A stretch of 64,000 bases of DNA from Macrostomum hystrix. Taxonomy: Eukaryota > Animalia > Platyhelminthes. Both the position numbers and the translations under genes were made by a program. Of this stretch, positions 13,413 to 26,361 are shown one piece after another (positions within the stretch are counted from its first letter, which is position 1; each line of letters starts with the position of its first letter). The notes beneath the pieces were generated by a model that saw nothing but the letters and a program-made list of their open reading frames with translations, made no database searches and was not told where the DNA came from. The stretch spans positions 20,522,001 to 20,586,000 of the forward strand of contig CATNEN010000038.1 in assembly GCA_950097015.1 (NCBI GenBank), written 5' to 3'.

Positions 13413-16400
13413 TCACACGGCGGAGCTGCGCATAGCGGCAGCCAGCTCGGGTCGCCGATCGGCGCATTCGCGCAGTCTGGCCAGAGTCGACTTAATCAGC
13501 TGGGCGTCTAAGCCAACATCAGCTGACGATGCCGACGATACCAGGCGCCAGAGCTGGCTAATCAGAGCCGCGGTGTCCGGCTCGGCCAGGTCACAATGAT
13601 CAACCAGACCGCACAGCAGGCTGAGCCGTAGTTCACGAAGACGACGCTGCTGTTGCTGTTGCTGAGCGACGCCTAGTCCAGACATTGTCGACGAGGCTAG
13701 ATTGTCCAGCTCGGCGAGCAGCTGACGCATGAGCTGGGCGGCTAGGCTGGCCAAGTGGGACTTAGCGGACTCACTACCGGCTAGTAGGACGTCATTGGCT
13801 GCGAAATGTGGAGAGAAAGTGTACTTGCTGTGCATACAGGGGGTGGGGAATGCCACACCGACCCTCAATTACTGCAGCTAATGCCGCTAAACATTTAATG
13901 AAGCAATGCAGAGTTCAGCAATTAAGTTTCTTGCTAAAGGGAATCGAACCCCGGACCGTAAAGAAATGAGTACGACACTCCAACCACTAAGGGTACAAAC
14001 CCTCTAATATACTTATAACAATGTTACATTAGGTTCAGATTAAGTATATAGGGAACTAAAGTGAGTGGCAGAGCGGTCAAACGCGTTTGCCTCTCGCACC
14101 AAGGTCCCCTGAGCTCGATTCCGCGGCGAGGCCAGATTTATTTGGGGCGCAGCCGCGGAGAGAAGGCTTGGGGGCTTGTCGTGCAATTTACGCCCTTGAG
14201 GGCAAACCTCCAAGGCACAGTGAGAGTGTACACAAAGCCTGAAGATGAGAAAGTCAGGGCAGATGTACACACCTGTGTGAGCGTGTGCCTGCGTACAGTA
14301 TCTTGGAATTATTATTATTATTATTATTATTATAGTATAAGGAACAGAGTTTAGACCAGGGAGATTCACAAATAGTTGATCCCAAATCCCTCAGTCAGTC
14401 CCAACCGCAGAACTAACCTGAGACACCCTCAACTCTGTAGGGATATTTATCCTGCGACATGGTTGCTATGGTAATCAACACCGGCAGGATGCACTCCGGT
14501 CGACGGGAAGCGATCGATTGTTGCTGCTGCGGCGATTCCGAGCCGCTGGTTGCCATAGCAACGGACTCATCGCCAACAGGAGGCGGGGAAGCGCAGAGGC
14601 CATTAACTAGGCCCGTCAGCAGAGTGAGCGGCTGTTTGGCATCCGGATCGTCTGGGAACAGAACTAGAGAGGACAGCAGCTGCGCGAACTGCGGCGGCAG
14701 CTGCGACTGCTGCTGGTGCTGCAGCTGCAGCTGGGTTACTGGCTTGGCTAGAAGTTGCAGCAGCAGACGAATGGCTTCTTTGAGAAGTGCGTCCGCCTGG
14801 AGACATTGTGGACGTCAAGTAGGATCAATTATGTTGCTAATAATTGAATATTTCCTTCATTTTAAAACCATTCTGGTTACTCATAGAACATTTTGGTCAC
14901 CGCACGACCATCTTGGTCACTCTAAGAATATTTTATACCTGCTTAAACAAACCGGAAACTCCCAATGACATTCTGGTCACTCCTAGAACAATCTGGTCAC
15001 TCTTAGAACATTCTGGTCACTCCTTGAACATTCTGTTCACTCCTAGAACATTCTGGTCACTCCTAGAACATTCTGGTCACTCCTAGAACATTCTGGTCAC
15101 TCCTTGAACATTCTGTTCACTCCTAGAACATTCTGGTCACTCCTAGAACATTCTGGTCACTCCTTGAACATTCTGTTCACTCCTAGAACATTCTGGTCAC
15201 TCCTAGAACATTCTGTCACTCCATGAAAATTCTGGTCACTCCTTGAACATTTTGGTCACTCCTTGAACATTTTGGTCACTCCCGAAACCTAAAAAGTGCA
15301 GTTGTTATAAGTGACAGACCTGTCCTAGGCACTGATTGAGCAGGGCAACTTGAGCAGACTCCAAATACAGTTGGCATCGTAGCGCCGGCTCATCTAGTGA
15401 CGGCAGAGTGACAAAGGCAAATGCGGCGCAGGCGTGGGTGAAAGCAGAGGTGCGACCAGTGTGCCTGTTGGAGGTGTTGTTAGGCAGGAGTTTGGTATCT
15501 ATTCAGGGAAGGATTGTGGGGCAGCTACACTGAGGATTGTGGGGCAGCTACACTGAGGATTGTGGGGCAGCTACACTGAGGATTGTGGGGCAGCTACACT
15601 GAGGATTGTGGGGCAGCTACACTGAGAATTGTGGGGCAGCTACACTGAGGATTGTGGGGCAGCTACACTGAGGATTGTGGGGCAGCTACACTGAGGATTG
15701 TGGGGTAGCTACACTGAGGATTGTGGGGCAGCTACACTGAGGATTGTGGGGCAGCTACACTGAGAATTGTGGGGCAGCTACACTGAGGATTGTGGGGCAG
15801 CTACACTGAGGATTGTGGGGCAGCTACACTGAGGATTGTGGGGTAGCTACACTGAGGATTGTGGGGCAGCTACACTGAGGATTGTGGGGCAGCTACACTG
15901 AGGATTGTGGGGCAGCTACACTGAGGATTGTGGGGCAGCTACACTAAGGATTGTGGGGCAGCTACACTGAGGATTGTGGGGTAGCTACACTGAGGATTGC
16001 GGGGCAGCTACACTGAGAATTGTGGGGCAGCTACACTGAGGATTGTGGGGTAGCTACACTGAGGATTGTGGGGCAGCTACACTGAGGATTGTGGGGCAGC
16101 TACACTGAGGATTGTGGGGCAGCTACACTGAGGATTGTGGGGTAGCTACACTGAGGATTGTGGGGCAGCTACACTGAGGATTGTGGGGCAGCTACACTGA
16201 GGATTGTGGGGCAGCTACACTGAGGATTGTGGGGCAGCTACACTGAGGATTGTGGGGTAGCTACACTGAGGATTGTGGGGCAGCTACACTGAGGATTGTG
16301 GGGCAGCTACACTGAGGATTGTGGGGCAGCTACACTGAGGATTGTGGGGCAGCTACACTGAGGATTGTGGGGCAGCTACACTGAGGATTGTGGGGTAGCT

Positions 16401-19400
16401 ACACTGAGGATTGTGGGGCAGCTACACTGAGGATTGTGGGGCAGCTACACTGAGGATTGTGGGGCAGCTACACTGAGGATTGTGGGGCAGTTACACTAAG
16501 GATTGTGGGGCAGCTACACTGAGGATTGTGGGGTAGCTACACTGAGGATTGTGGGGCAGCTACACTGAGGATTGTGGGGCAGCTACACTGAGGATTGTGG
16601 GGCAGCTACACTGAGGATTGTGGGGTAGCTACACTGAGGATTGTGGGGCAGCTACACTGAGGATTGTGGGGCAGCTACACTGAGGATTGTGGGGCAGCTA
16701 CACTGAGGATTGTGGGGCAGCTACACTGAGGATTGTGGGGCAGCTACACTGAGAATTGTGGGGCAGCTACACTGAGGATTGTGGGGCAGCTACACTGAGG
16801 ATTGTGGGGCAGCTACACTGAGGATTGTGGGGTAGCTACACTGAGGATTGTGGGGCAGCTACACTGAGGATTGTGGGGCAGCTACACTGAGGATTGTGGG
16901 GCAGCTACACTGAGGATTGTGGGGCAGCTACACTAAGGATTGTGGGGCAGCTACACTGAGGATTGTGGGGTAGCTACACTGAGGATTGTGGGGCAGCTAC
17001 ACTGAGGATTGTGGGGCAGCTACACTGAGGATTGTGGGGCAGCTACACTGAGGATTGTGGGGCAGCTACACTGAGGATTGTGGGGCAGCTACACTGAATG
17101 ATTATGGCAATAGCCCTGAAGAATCGGATGGTAATAGCCCTAAAGAATCGGGTGGCAACAGCCCTGAAGAATCGGATGGTAATAGTCCTGAAGAATCGGA
17201 TGGTAATAGCCCTGAACAATCGGATGGTAATAGCCCTGAAGAATCGGATGGTAATAGCCCTGAACAATCGGGTGGTAATAGCCCTGAAGAATCGGGTGGC
17301 AATAGCCCTGAAGAATCGGATGGTAATAGCCCTGAAGAATCGGATGGTAATAGCCCTGAAGAATCGGGTGGCAATAGCCCTGAAGAATCGGATGGTAATA
17401 GTCCTGAAGAATCGGGTGGCAATAGCCCTGAAGAATCGTGTGATTGTGACCCTGAAGCGGCCTCACCTTCCGTGCAGCACAGCCAGGGTGCGAGCAGCCA
17501 AGCCGTTAACGAGGCGCACCAGGTGGGCCAGCACTGGCTCCAGGTGACCAAAAGCGGCCCTGCAGTCCACTAGAAAATCTAATTGGCGCTGAAAATCAGA
17601 ACCAAAGTCCAGGGTAGAGACAAAACCGGAGATCAGCGAGGCGTAGCGGCGTCGATCGTCGTCGAGCGACACCACAGTGAGGCTGTCGTGGAGCAGGCGG
17701 CACAGGAACAGGCCCGTGCTAGCCAGCTCGCTGTCGTCCTGCTGACAGCCTGAATAATGTATAATTTAAATGAAACAAAAAAATAAATCAAACTGCATCA
17801 TACTACTGTAAAGTAGAGTAATTTGCCTTTTTTATATAAAATTGATTTTAGGAACCGTATTTTCACTGCTATGAATGTGTTTTCCTTGAAAAAGTGCCCA
17901 CTTCTCTAAAAGGTCGAGATAATTAAACTGCAATAATTACCCTAGCCCGGGGGTCAGTGGCAGAGCGGTTAACGCGTTTGCCTCTCGCACCACGGTCCCT
18001 AAGTTCGATTCCACGGCGAGGCCACATTTATTTGGGGCGCAGCCGCGGAGAGAAGGCTTGGCGGCTTGTCGTGCAATTTACGCCCTTGAGGGCCAACCTC
18101 CAAGGCACAGTGAAATGTACACTGCCTGATGATGAGAAAGTCAGGGCAGATGTACACACCTGTGTGAGCGTGTGCCTGCGTACAGTATCTGTGTGCGTGT
18201 GTGCTCAGGAGTCAGCGAAATGGGCAGAATTGCCTCCTCGTTGGCTGCGGGTCAAGTGTCACCAAGTGATGTGCCATTGCCCGCAGCCATCCTGCAATTA
18301 TTATTATTATTATTAACCAACCGGCAGTCCAGGCCAAGTAGGCGTCTAAAACGCAGCAGGCGGCCTCCACCCTGACTGATTCCTTCTGGAAGAGGTCAAA
18401 CAGTTGCAGAAACGCTGGCGATGTGATCAATCGACCGAATTCGCCAGAATTGCCTCCAGTTCCGCTAACAGCGTTCACTAATTTAGTCAGGAAGGCGATC
18501 AGCTGAGGATAAACCGATTCGAATGCTCGATCCGGGGCCAACTGGCTAGCTAGGTCGCGCAGCAGTGTGGCCAGCTCTTTCAGCTGCAGACAGCGAGCCA
18601 CCCAGGTCACCCAAGCCGAGGCGCAGGCCACGTATTCTTCCGGCTTTGGATTGGCTGCGCGAACTGCGCCCCAGGCCGAGTTTAACAGCGACAGGGCCGT
18701 CTGCCGGCTGCCGTCTGCTGGCAGGCGACCTGCTGCGCTGGCCTGACTTAGCGAGTCGCCGAACAGCTGGACTATGATTTGACAGCAAGATTGCGGCACC
18801 TGCGAGAGGAGTTTGGACTGCTCTGATTGTTTGATAGGCTGTGTAGATTGGGTTAGAGATTCGTTGAGAGCTGTGTACATTTGGGCTAGAGATTGGTTGG
18901 GAGGCTGTGTACATTTGGGGGTAGAGATTGGTTGGGAGGCTGTGTACATTTGGGAGTAGAGATTGGTTGGGAGGCTGTGTACATTTGGGGGTAGAGATTG
19001 GTTGGGAGGCTGTGTACATTTGGGGGTAGAGATTGGTTGGGAGGCTGTGTACATTTGGGGGTAGAGATTTGTTGGAAGGCTATGTAGGGAGGAGTTGGGA
19101 GGGGAAGACATTGACTAAAAAGCTGTGTACATTGGAGCAACGGTTTTTTAAGGCGCCATTCGTTTGAGTTAGTTTAGGGAGAGGGTGTTAATTTGAAAAA
19201 ATTTGTAGATTTTTTATCTTGATTTCGTTTACCGACTAGTGAAAAATGTGAAAATCCAGCATTAAGAAATGGGGATTAATTATAAAAAGTTGAGGTAATC
19301 AACGCAGACCTTATCAGAGGCTATAGCGTTGCCAATAGCAACAGCTTCATCGACAATCAGATTCGGCGGCAGAGCGGCCAAACAGGCTGCTAGAAGGCAC

Positions 19401-22400
19401 GGCTCAGCTTCTAGAAGCAGACTCTGCATTGGCCCGTCGTTGCTGCTAGAAGCAGCGACGGCTCCGGGATGATGGGCCAGGCTCAGTACCAGCCAGTCCA
19501 GTGCTGGCAGGCAGGGCGCCAGCTGTTCCGCCGGCGACGTCAGAAGCTGATTGCAATCGGACAGCGACGAAGTTAGATGCTGAAGCTCCAGGCGACCCGT
19601 GGCTGCGCCAAGTCTAACGGCGATGGGTAAAATAAATTAAATTCTAAGTACACACCTGTTTGAGTGCGTGTACCTGCGTACAGTATCTATTTGAGTTTGT
19701 GCTCGAGAGTCAGCGGAATGGGCAGAATTGCCTCCTCGCTAATAAGCTAATGCCCAAAGCCTTCACTGCAGAATGTCAATAATAAAATTCGGGCAAAGAC
19801 ATCGGCCTCACCTGGCTAGATAGCACCTGGCATAGGCGGCCACAATCTGATTACCAATGCCGCGGCACATATCGCCCAGCCGACCAATAGCCGGCCCAAT
19901 TAGTCGATCGTCAACAAATCGATAGCATGGCAACAGTGCGGCCTCAACGTACAGTCTGGGTAGCAACTCCCTGATAGAGGCAATCTTGTAGAACCAGTTC
20001 TTAGCTGTCTCTTTAGCACCTTCCGGCACGGAATTCGATCGAAAGTCTGATCGCAACACGCCAGACTTTTCATACAGCCTATCAAAGACTAGCTGGCCGA
20101 ATGTGTCCAATAGGTCTGTGACCAATACAAACTTGCTTGGATAATACGACATTGGCGACGAATCGCCCAGCAGTTTAACGCATTGGATGACCAACTTCAA
20201 GGCGCGCACGCGTTGATCTTCATCCCAGGCTCGCTTGAGGGCGCGATTTAGTTCGTCCATTTTGGCGGCAAAGTCGGCCTGGCTTAGACTGAGGACCTCC
20301 TTGGAGCCAGTGTCCTCGGCGAGTTCGTCTAGCTGTTCTAGGCGACTCTTCACCTGAGTATTGTGCGGCATTTTATAGCAGGGCAGACCACATGCGGCCC
20401 TTGAAGCTTTAAGTCGGACCTACGGGCTCCTTACAAAAATTATACTTATCTCTACTCATCACTCAGGTATTTTAAGTCTCACCTAATCTCATCTCCTGTG
20501 GACCATCACTACCGTGAGTCTCAAATTAACACTAACATATCTCTTCAGTGTCTCATATCTCCCCTGTCTCACCCCCTGTACTACCTCTCTGCTTTCTTTA
20601 CTCTGTCTCAACTCTTCATTGTCTCATCTCTCCATTGTCTCATCTCTCCATTGTCTCATCTCTCCATTGTCTCATCTCTCCATTGTCTCATCTCTCCATT
20701 GTATTATCTCTCCATTGTATTATCTCTCCATTGTCTCATCTCTCCATTGTTTTATCTCTCCATTGTCTCATCTCTCCATTGTCTCATCTCTCCATTGTCT
20801 CATCTCTCCATTGTCTCATCTCTCCATTGTATTATCTCTCCATTGTATTATCTCTCCATTGTCTCATCTCTCCATTGTTTTATCTCTCCATTGTCTCATC
20901 TCTCCATTGTCTCATCTCTCCATTGTCTCATCTCTCCATTGTCTCATCTCTCCATTGTCTCATCTCTCCATTGTCTCATCTCTCCATTGTCTCATCTCTC
21001 CATTGTCTCATCTCTCCATTGTCTCATCTCTCCATTGTCTCATCTCTCCATTGTCTCATATCTCAATTGTCTTATCTCTTCATTGCCTTATCTCTCCAAT
21101 GTCTAATATCTTTATTGTCTCATCTATCCATTGTATCATCTCTCCATTGTCTCATCTCTATATTGTCTCATCTCTCAATTGTCTTATCTCTTCATTGCCT
21201 TATCTCTCCAATGTCTAATATCTCTATTGTCTCATCTATCCATTGTATCATCACTCCATTGTATTATCTCTCAATTGTCTTATCTATCCATTGTATCATC
21301 ACTCCATTGTATCATCTCTCAATTGTCTTATCTCTTCATTGCCTTATCTCTCCAATGTCTAATATCTCTATTATCTCATCTATCCATTGTATCATCACTC
21401 CATTGTATTATCTCTCCATGTCTTATCTATCCATTGTATCATCACTCCATTGTATTATCTCTCCATGTCTTATCTATCCATTGTATCATCACTCCATTGT
21501 ATTATCTCTCCATGTCTTATCTATCCATTGTATCATCACTCCATTGTATTATCTCTCCATGTCTTATCTATCCATTGTATCATCACTCCATTGTATTATC
21601 TCTCCATGTCTTATCTATCCATTGTATCATCACTCCATTGTATCATCTCTCAATTGTCTTATCTCTTCATTGCCTTATCTCTCCAATGTCTAATATCTCT
21701 ATTATCTCATCTATCCATTGTATCATCACTCCATTGTATTATCTCTCCATGTCTTATCTATCCATTGTATCATCACTCCATTGTATTATCTCTCCATGTC
21801 TTATCTATCCATTGTATCATCACTCCATTGTATTATCTCTCCATGTCTTATCTATCCATTGTATCATCACTCCATTGTATTATCTCTCCATGTCTTATCT
21901 ATCCATTGTATCATCACTCCATTGTATCATCTCTCCATTGTCTTATCTATCCATTGTATCATCACTCCATTGTATTATCTCTCCATTGTCTTATCTATCC
22001 ATTGTATCATCTATCCATTGTATTATCTATCCAGCCCAAGTCTTCGTATTATCTCTCAATTGTCTTATCTCTCCATTTTATTATCTCTCCCTTGTCTCAT
22101 CTATCCATTATATCATCTATCCATTGTATTATCTCTCCATTGTATTATCTCTCAATTGTCTTATCTCTCCATTGTCTAATATCTCCATTGTCTCATTTCT
22201 CCCTCTCTATAAAGTCTTATCTAACCTACTTCAATGTATCATCTCTCTGCTCTCCCATCTCTCCACAGTCAATAGGATTATCTTTTAGGCCCGCGATTAA
22301 TACACAACTCAAACAAAGTGGACTAAATGCGGAACGATGTTTTTCAGACTTAATTGATCAATTTTTAGGCTTGATCGATTCGGAAAAGATGTTAAGCCGA

Positions 22401-23259
22401 CAGCACAGCCGCAGCTATTGCGTGGCGCATCTGAAGACTGTTCAGTCCATGGACTGTGGGACTCAAAGCAAGAACTGAAGCATGCATGTTACATTCTAAA
22501 GCACACAAATTGTTCTAGGGGAGTGGGGAATCGAACCACCAACCTTCAAGTCGTTAGTCCGACGCTCTAACCATTAAGCTACAATCTCCGTAAAATTAAA
22601 GATTTAATACATTCATAAAAAGTTTTTCAATTAACAACTTAGCTCAGGCTGTGCTCACTCACTTTATCCGACAAGCTAGTAGAAGAACTTTGAGCCGCGG
22701 CGGCAGCGGCGGACGCGGCTGTAGAGGCGCCAGCCCCACCTGATACAGCGACCGAATTCGGAGACAGATAGCTACTGACCAATGTCAGCTTGGCTGTAGT
22801 TGTATGCTTAGCCAGAATATTAGCTTTGCGTACATCCCACGGTTCCATGCCTGTTAGGCTATTAACACCGCGGCTAGCTGTTGACTTCGCGACAGAATTT
22901 GGCCCAGCGCCAGGCGTGGCGCCAGAGGACTTGGCAGCTCTCAGTGGATCTGGCGAGGCGGCGCCAGAGAGAGCGCCAAGGGGATCGCTCATAGCTGATA
23001 GGGGGTCGACGAAGTCGGTTGGTCCAGATTTGGTTGTTGCAGACTTTTGCTTTAACTTCTGCTGATCTTCCTGAGGTCGCTTAGAATCGTCTGTTGGCGC
23101 CGAGTCGTCAAAGATCAAATCTGCATTCTTTGAAGCAGTGAAACGACTCTTTAATGGATGCTCAGCCGGAGCTGGAGTAGAACGAGCTGGCGCCTTCTCG
23201 CGCACATAGTGGCGACGTTTTGGGTGCCAGGCTGAGACGAAAGCAATCTCAGTGTCCAT
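13413..23259 (-). CDS. VPS35L: VPS35L (C16orf62), Retriever complex subunit, ~1037 aa; exons 23259-22663, 20353-19812, 19613-19310, 18799-18322, 17749-17467, 15464-15320, 14796-14418, 13798-13413
   Basis: Recognisable motifs AWDEDQRVRALKLVIQCVKLL, YYPSKFVLVTDLLDTFGQLVFDR, AKETAKNWFYKIASIRELLPRLYVE, LPALDW, FLQLFDLFQKESVRVE, DFGSDFQRQLDFLVDCRAAF, AFTHACAAFAFVTLPSL, CLGQADA, LVLFPDDP and ANDVL. All 7 introns are GT-AG with consistent phases (total 3114 nt, divisible by 3). Confidence 0.93.
13906..13997 (-). mobile_element. tRNA-derived SINE family 2, fragment
   Basis: Minus strand has A-box-like TACCCTTAGTGG and B box GGTTCGATTCC, followed by CTTTAGCAAGAAAC. Similar to 22503-22590 and 54757-54951. 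Confidence 0.65.
14061..14333 (+). mobile_element. tRNA-derived SINE family 1, copy A (3' body deleted, (ATT)n tail)
   Basis: A box TGGCAGAGCGG and B-box-like GCTCGATTCC. Body near-identical to 17941-18314; ends in (ATT)n. Degenerate TSD AGTATA..GGAAC..AGT on both sides. Confidence 0.9.
14960..15285. repeat. 20-bp minisatellite (CTCCTAGAACATTCTGGTCA)n in VPS35L intron 6
   Basis: Direct periodicity. Confidence 0.9.
15511..17097. repeat. 23-bp minisatellite (GAGGATTGTGGGGCAGCTACACT)n in VPS35L intron 5
   Basis: Highly homogeneous array of about 69 copies. Confidence 0.97.
17105..17455. repeat. 24-bp minisatellite (AATAGCCCTGAAGAATCGG[A/G]TGG[T/C])n in VPS35L intron 5
   Basis: Abuts the 23-bp array and ends about 10 bp from the exon 5 donor. 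Confidence 0.93.
17941..18314 (+). mobile_element. tRNA-derived SINE family 1, copy B (full length, ~370 bp)
   Basis: A box TGGCAGAGCGG, anticodon-like CTCGCA, B box GTTCGATTCC, 3' hairpin GGCTGCGGG...CCCGCAGCC and (ATT)n tail. Three other copies in the window. Confidence 0.92.
18865..19135. repeat. 35-bp minisatellite (GAGGCTGTGTACATTTGGGGGTAGAGATTGGTTGG)n in VPS35L intron 3
   Basis: GAGGCTG recurs at 18901 and 18936. Confidence 0.9.
19647..19740 (+). mobile_element. SINE family 1 internal fragment
   Basis: GTACACACCTG...GCGTACAGTATCT...GAGTCAGCGGAATGGGCAGAATTGCCTCCTCG matches the body of copies B and D. Confidence 0.8.
20379..22295. mobile_element. Degenerate hAT-type MITE relative with a hugely expanded internal 16-bp minisatellite (CCATTGTCTCATCTCT)n (~20600-22200) in VPS35L intron 1
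   Basis: Left end CAGGG...TGCGGCCCTTGAAGCT and right end GTCAATAGGATTATCTTTTAGGCCCGC match the subterminal sequences of the MITE at 30883-31126. The internal array matches that MITE's internal repeat. Confidence 0.7.
22503..22590 (-). mobile_element. tRNA-derived SINE family 2 head
   Basis: Minus strand reads TGTAGCTTAATGGTTAGAGCG...GGTTCGATTCCCCAC...AACAATTTG. The acceptor stem does not pair, so it is not a tRNA gene. Confidence 0.7.
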
Positions 23260-25717
23260 GGTGACAACCTTTTAATCTGAAATATTTAAAGCAAGGAATA
23301 GACAGATTTAAATCAAAGTTAATTTTGTTGACAAGTATACTATATTTTTTTCCAAAAATCTAACTTTTTATATTTTATAACATTATTCCCAATCCCAATG
23401 CAATCTAATTCTGAGAATACAATACAATAAAAAAGAAGCACATAGAGTCAGGTTTTAATAGGATTTAGGCAGAATTTTTATCAGAATGTCTAGTCCAAAG
23501 CAATTTTTAGGTTAGTTTACATGTAAAATTAAATTTTATTTCATTTGTGCAATCAAGTAATAAAGTCTACATTGTCTGCCAGCAATTAGTTTGTCCTCAA
23601 CAAGAGGTGTCTTCAATACGATCATTGTCAGCTATGGCAACATCACTGATGTAGAATAAAGTGGTTTAAACAGAGAGCAGTACTGCTAGCTTCAATGCCT
23701 ACTAACAGTTGACTTTGCATACACTTCTTGCTGTTGGGTACCAAAAAGCACTCCCAATCCCAGGAGCTATACCAAAAGTGCCTTGTACCAATAAGCCCTA
23801 GTACTGAAATGCATGGAATCCCCTAGTGACCCTTATTAGGGACCTATGGGTTAGGGGAAAAAACCAACAATTTGTTTACTTACAGTCATCATGACACAAT
23901 AGAGGACTATTTGTAATAAAAAGATCTTTTTTATCTAAAAGCATTTACTAGAGAAATGAGTACCTATTCGCTTACATTTTTGAGCAAAATTAAAAACACA
24001 AAAATCACATACTCCTTTTACTCATATAAGGGATTTAAATCATTGCAATTTAACATGTACAGTCATTCACTACTTACTTCCTTTCTTTCTAAAATATAAC
24101 AATACGAAAGTAAGGAAAGAAATCTAAAAAGTTAGCGTAGAAATTCTAGGACTGCAGCAGCAGCACATCAACTACTTAGCAAGTTGTCGGTGTCGATAAG
24201 GATAAAGAAAAATAAATATGGTAAAATCTTCGAAAAAGTGAAAACAGTAGTGCGGTTTCTTAGAAAAAATTGAGTTTTAAATGTAGTTATGTAAAATGAG
24301 CACTACGCATTAAAGAAACAAAGAAGTGACAGTTGTACAAAACAATTACTGTTTTTTGCTGAGTCATTAAGTTAGACAAGTACGCACACCGCCAATAATT
24401 TTTTAGGGCGGTAAATGTAGTTTTATATTCTTCAAAAACACTTAATTGATTCATTCAAACTCGATGTTAAAGTCGCTTACTGAAAAAAATTTATGCTGTC
24501 TTCAACTTTAAACCCTGGCCAAATAAGTAAAATACTTTTTAACTATAACACTTCGTCAAAAATCGACGCTATGTTTTGAACTTTATGTCGTTAAGCCTAA
24601 CTCTCGATTTCTGTCTTTACTTTCAGTTTAATTTAGCTTAGTCTGGCTGTTGTAGCTTTGCCTTTAGCTGTTGACAGCTGACACTGACATGCAATAGCTG
24701 CTCTATGATATGATAGGCCTAGGCCTATGAAGAGAAGAGAGCAATTGCATGTCTTCATTCTGAAGACTGAGTAGGGCCTATAGCAATAGACCTAAAGCAT
24801 ATATATATTTATCTGTATAAAATTATATTCTATTTTATGAGGTAGGCCTAATGTATTCTATGTATTCATTAGGGCCTACCCATTGGGCCATGAAGTAGCA
24901 CAAAATAAACAAAAAAGCAGCACAAAATCTGTGTGCAAATTGCAATAATAAGAATGATATAGCATAGCATCAAGTAGTATTGCTATAGTCTACCATTGCA
25001 TCATCACATAAATAAATATATTAAGTTAGCTTGTTATTAATTATATCTTGGTATGTTTCTTTATATTTATGTTATTGCTATAGCTAGGCCTAGCCGCCTA
25101 GTGCCTACCAGCCAAGACCTAGAATAGACCTATGTATAATCTATGGACTATGGTTTTTTGTCTTTTCATCTGCTTGCTAACTTTCAGTTTGCCGTCTTGT
25201 TTGGTCATAAATTTCACTTGTTTATAAATAGGCCTAGGTCACCTCATTTATTAGTAAATAAGATAGCAGCAGACAAAGACTTGAACTCATTATCTATAGC
25301 CATGGTTAGGCATAGGTCCCGACCTGACCTGAATCAGACTCTAATCTGCTTATTTGCATGTTTATTTTTGTTGGGACTTAGGCCTATTAAACAACATAGT
25401 CATAGGTTTTTAATTATTTATTAGTTAGGGCCCTAGCAAAACCTAGCTATCTAAATGTAGCTAAAGCAAACAAGGTCAAAGTCTCATTAAAACAACTGGT
25501 GAGGCCCTAATTTTTGCCTTTGAAAAGCTTTATTACTTATTGGGCCTATACTTACAAATAGGAAAAATACCAGATGATACAACACCTGTGTAATTATAAT
25601 CTGTGTAATAATTGAATTGATTATTATAGCTAGGCCTAGGCTTAACTAGCATAATAATTCTAATCTGGTATTAGCTAATTAAGTAGGCCTATGTAACATT
25701 GTTAAATAATTTGCTTA

Positions 25718-26361
25718 GGGTAATGTATCATCAACCAAACAAGAATATGTATTTTTTTAACTTCAAACCTAAGCTACAGATTTTCTATTTAAGATATGAT
25801 GATAAATCAAAAGCCAAGTTATAGAAAACAGTTACATCTTTCTAAAAAGTATCTGCTTTTGCTATTTTGACAAATAGAAAAAATGTTATTCCTGCTTTTT
25901 ATCTAAAACCGAACAATGATTTTCATGTATCTTCAAACCAAACAGCGAATTTGATGTTTGGTTTTACTATTTGAGTGAGTGGTTTAATCTTATTTTTAAG
26001 GAGTGATCTATCATGAATTATGTCATTTGAAAGCATTTTTCATGCTCTATAAATAACTACATTTATGGTCATTTAATTGGCAAGCAACCGCATACAATCT
26101 TCGTCTAAAGTACATACTGAAAAAATGTTGTTAAAAAGTATGCTTTTGCAATAAAAATTTCTACTGAAACATCAATATCTTTTTTTCCTCTTAATGCTTC
26201 ATTGCACATCATGCCTCAGCTTGTAGATAATTTCTTCAACTTTCAAATTAGTTGCTCTGTGAAACACAATAGCTTGTTTCTGTCTTGCACGAGACCAAGG
26301 AAGGAGTCAAAATTCTTGTTTGGTTTTGAAGATACACTGTTCGGTTGATGATACATTACCC
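25718..26361. mobile_element. MITE / non-autonomous DNA transposon, 644 bp, 24-bp TIR GGGTAATGTATCATCAACC[A/G]AACA, TA on both sides (Tc1/mariner-like TSD)
   Basis: Inverted repeats at 25718-25741 and 26338-26361 with one mismatch; TA at 25716-17 and 26362-63. An internal inverted copy of the right subterminal region lies at ~25905-25955. No ORF. Confidence 0.85.

Noticed and set aside
18115-18157. CTGA(T/C)GA-TGA-GAAA-GTC in SINE family 1, resembling a collapsed hammerhead core
   Set aside because: No helix II or helix III can form. The segment folds better as a simple hairpin (CTGAC/GTCAG), so it is not called a ribozyme, though a degenerate origin cannot be excluded.
20498-22478. Multiple overlapping ORFs in the CT-rich array (likewise 36562-37530, 38441-39081, 40896-43829, 44735-48390 and 57003-63248 repeat ORFs)
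   Set aside because: Intronic or intergenic minisatellites open in multiple frames; translation artefacts.
22503-22590. Possible tRNA genes (also 54757-54833 with a CAT anticodon-like loop, and 42032-42126)
   Set aside because: Acceptor and anticodon stems do not pair properly, and the sequences are followed by shared SINE body or contain a ribozyme. They are tRNA-derived repeats, not tRNA genes.
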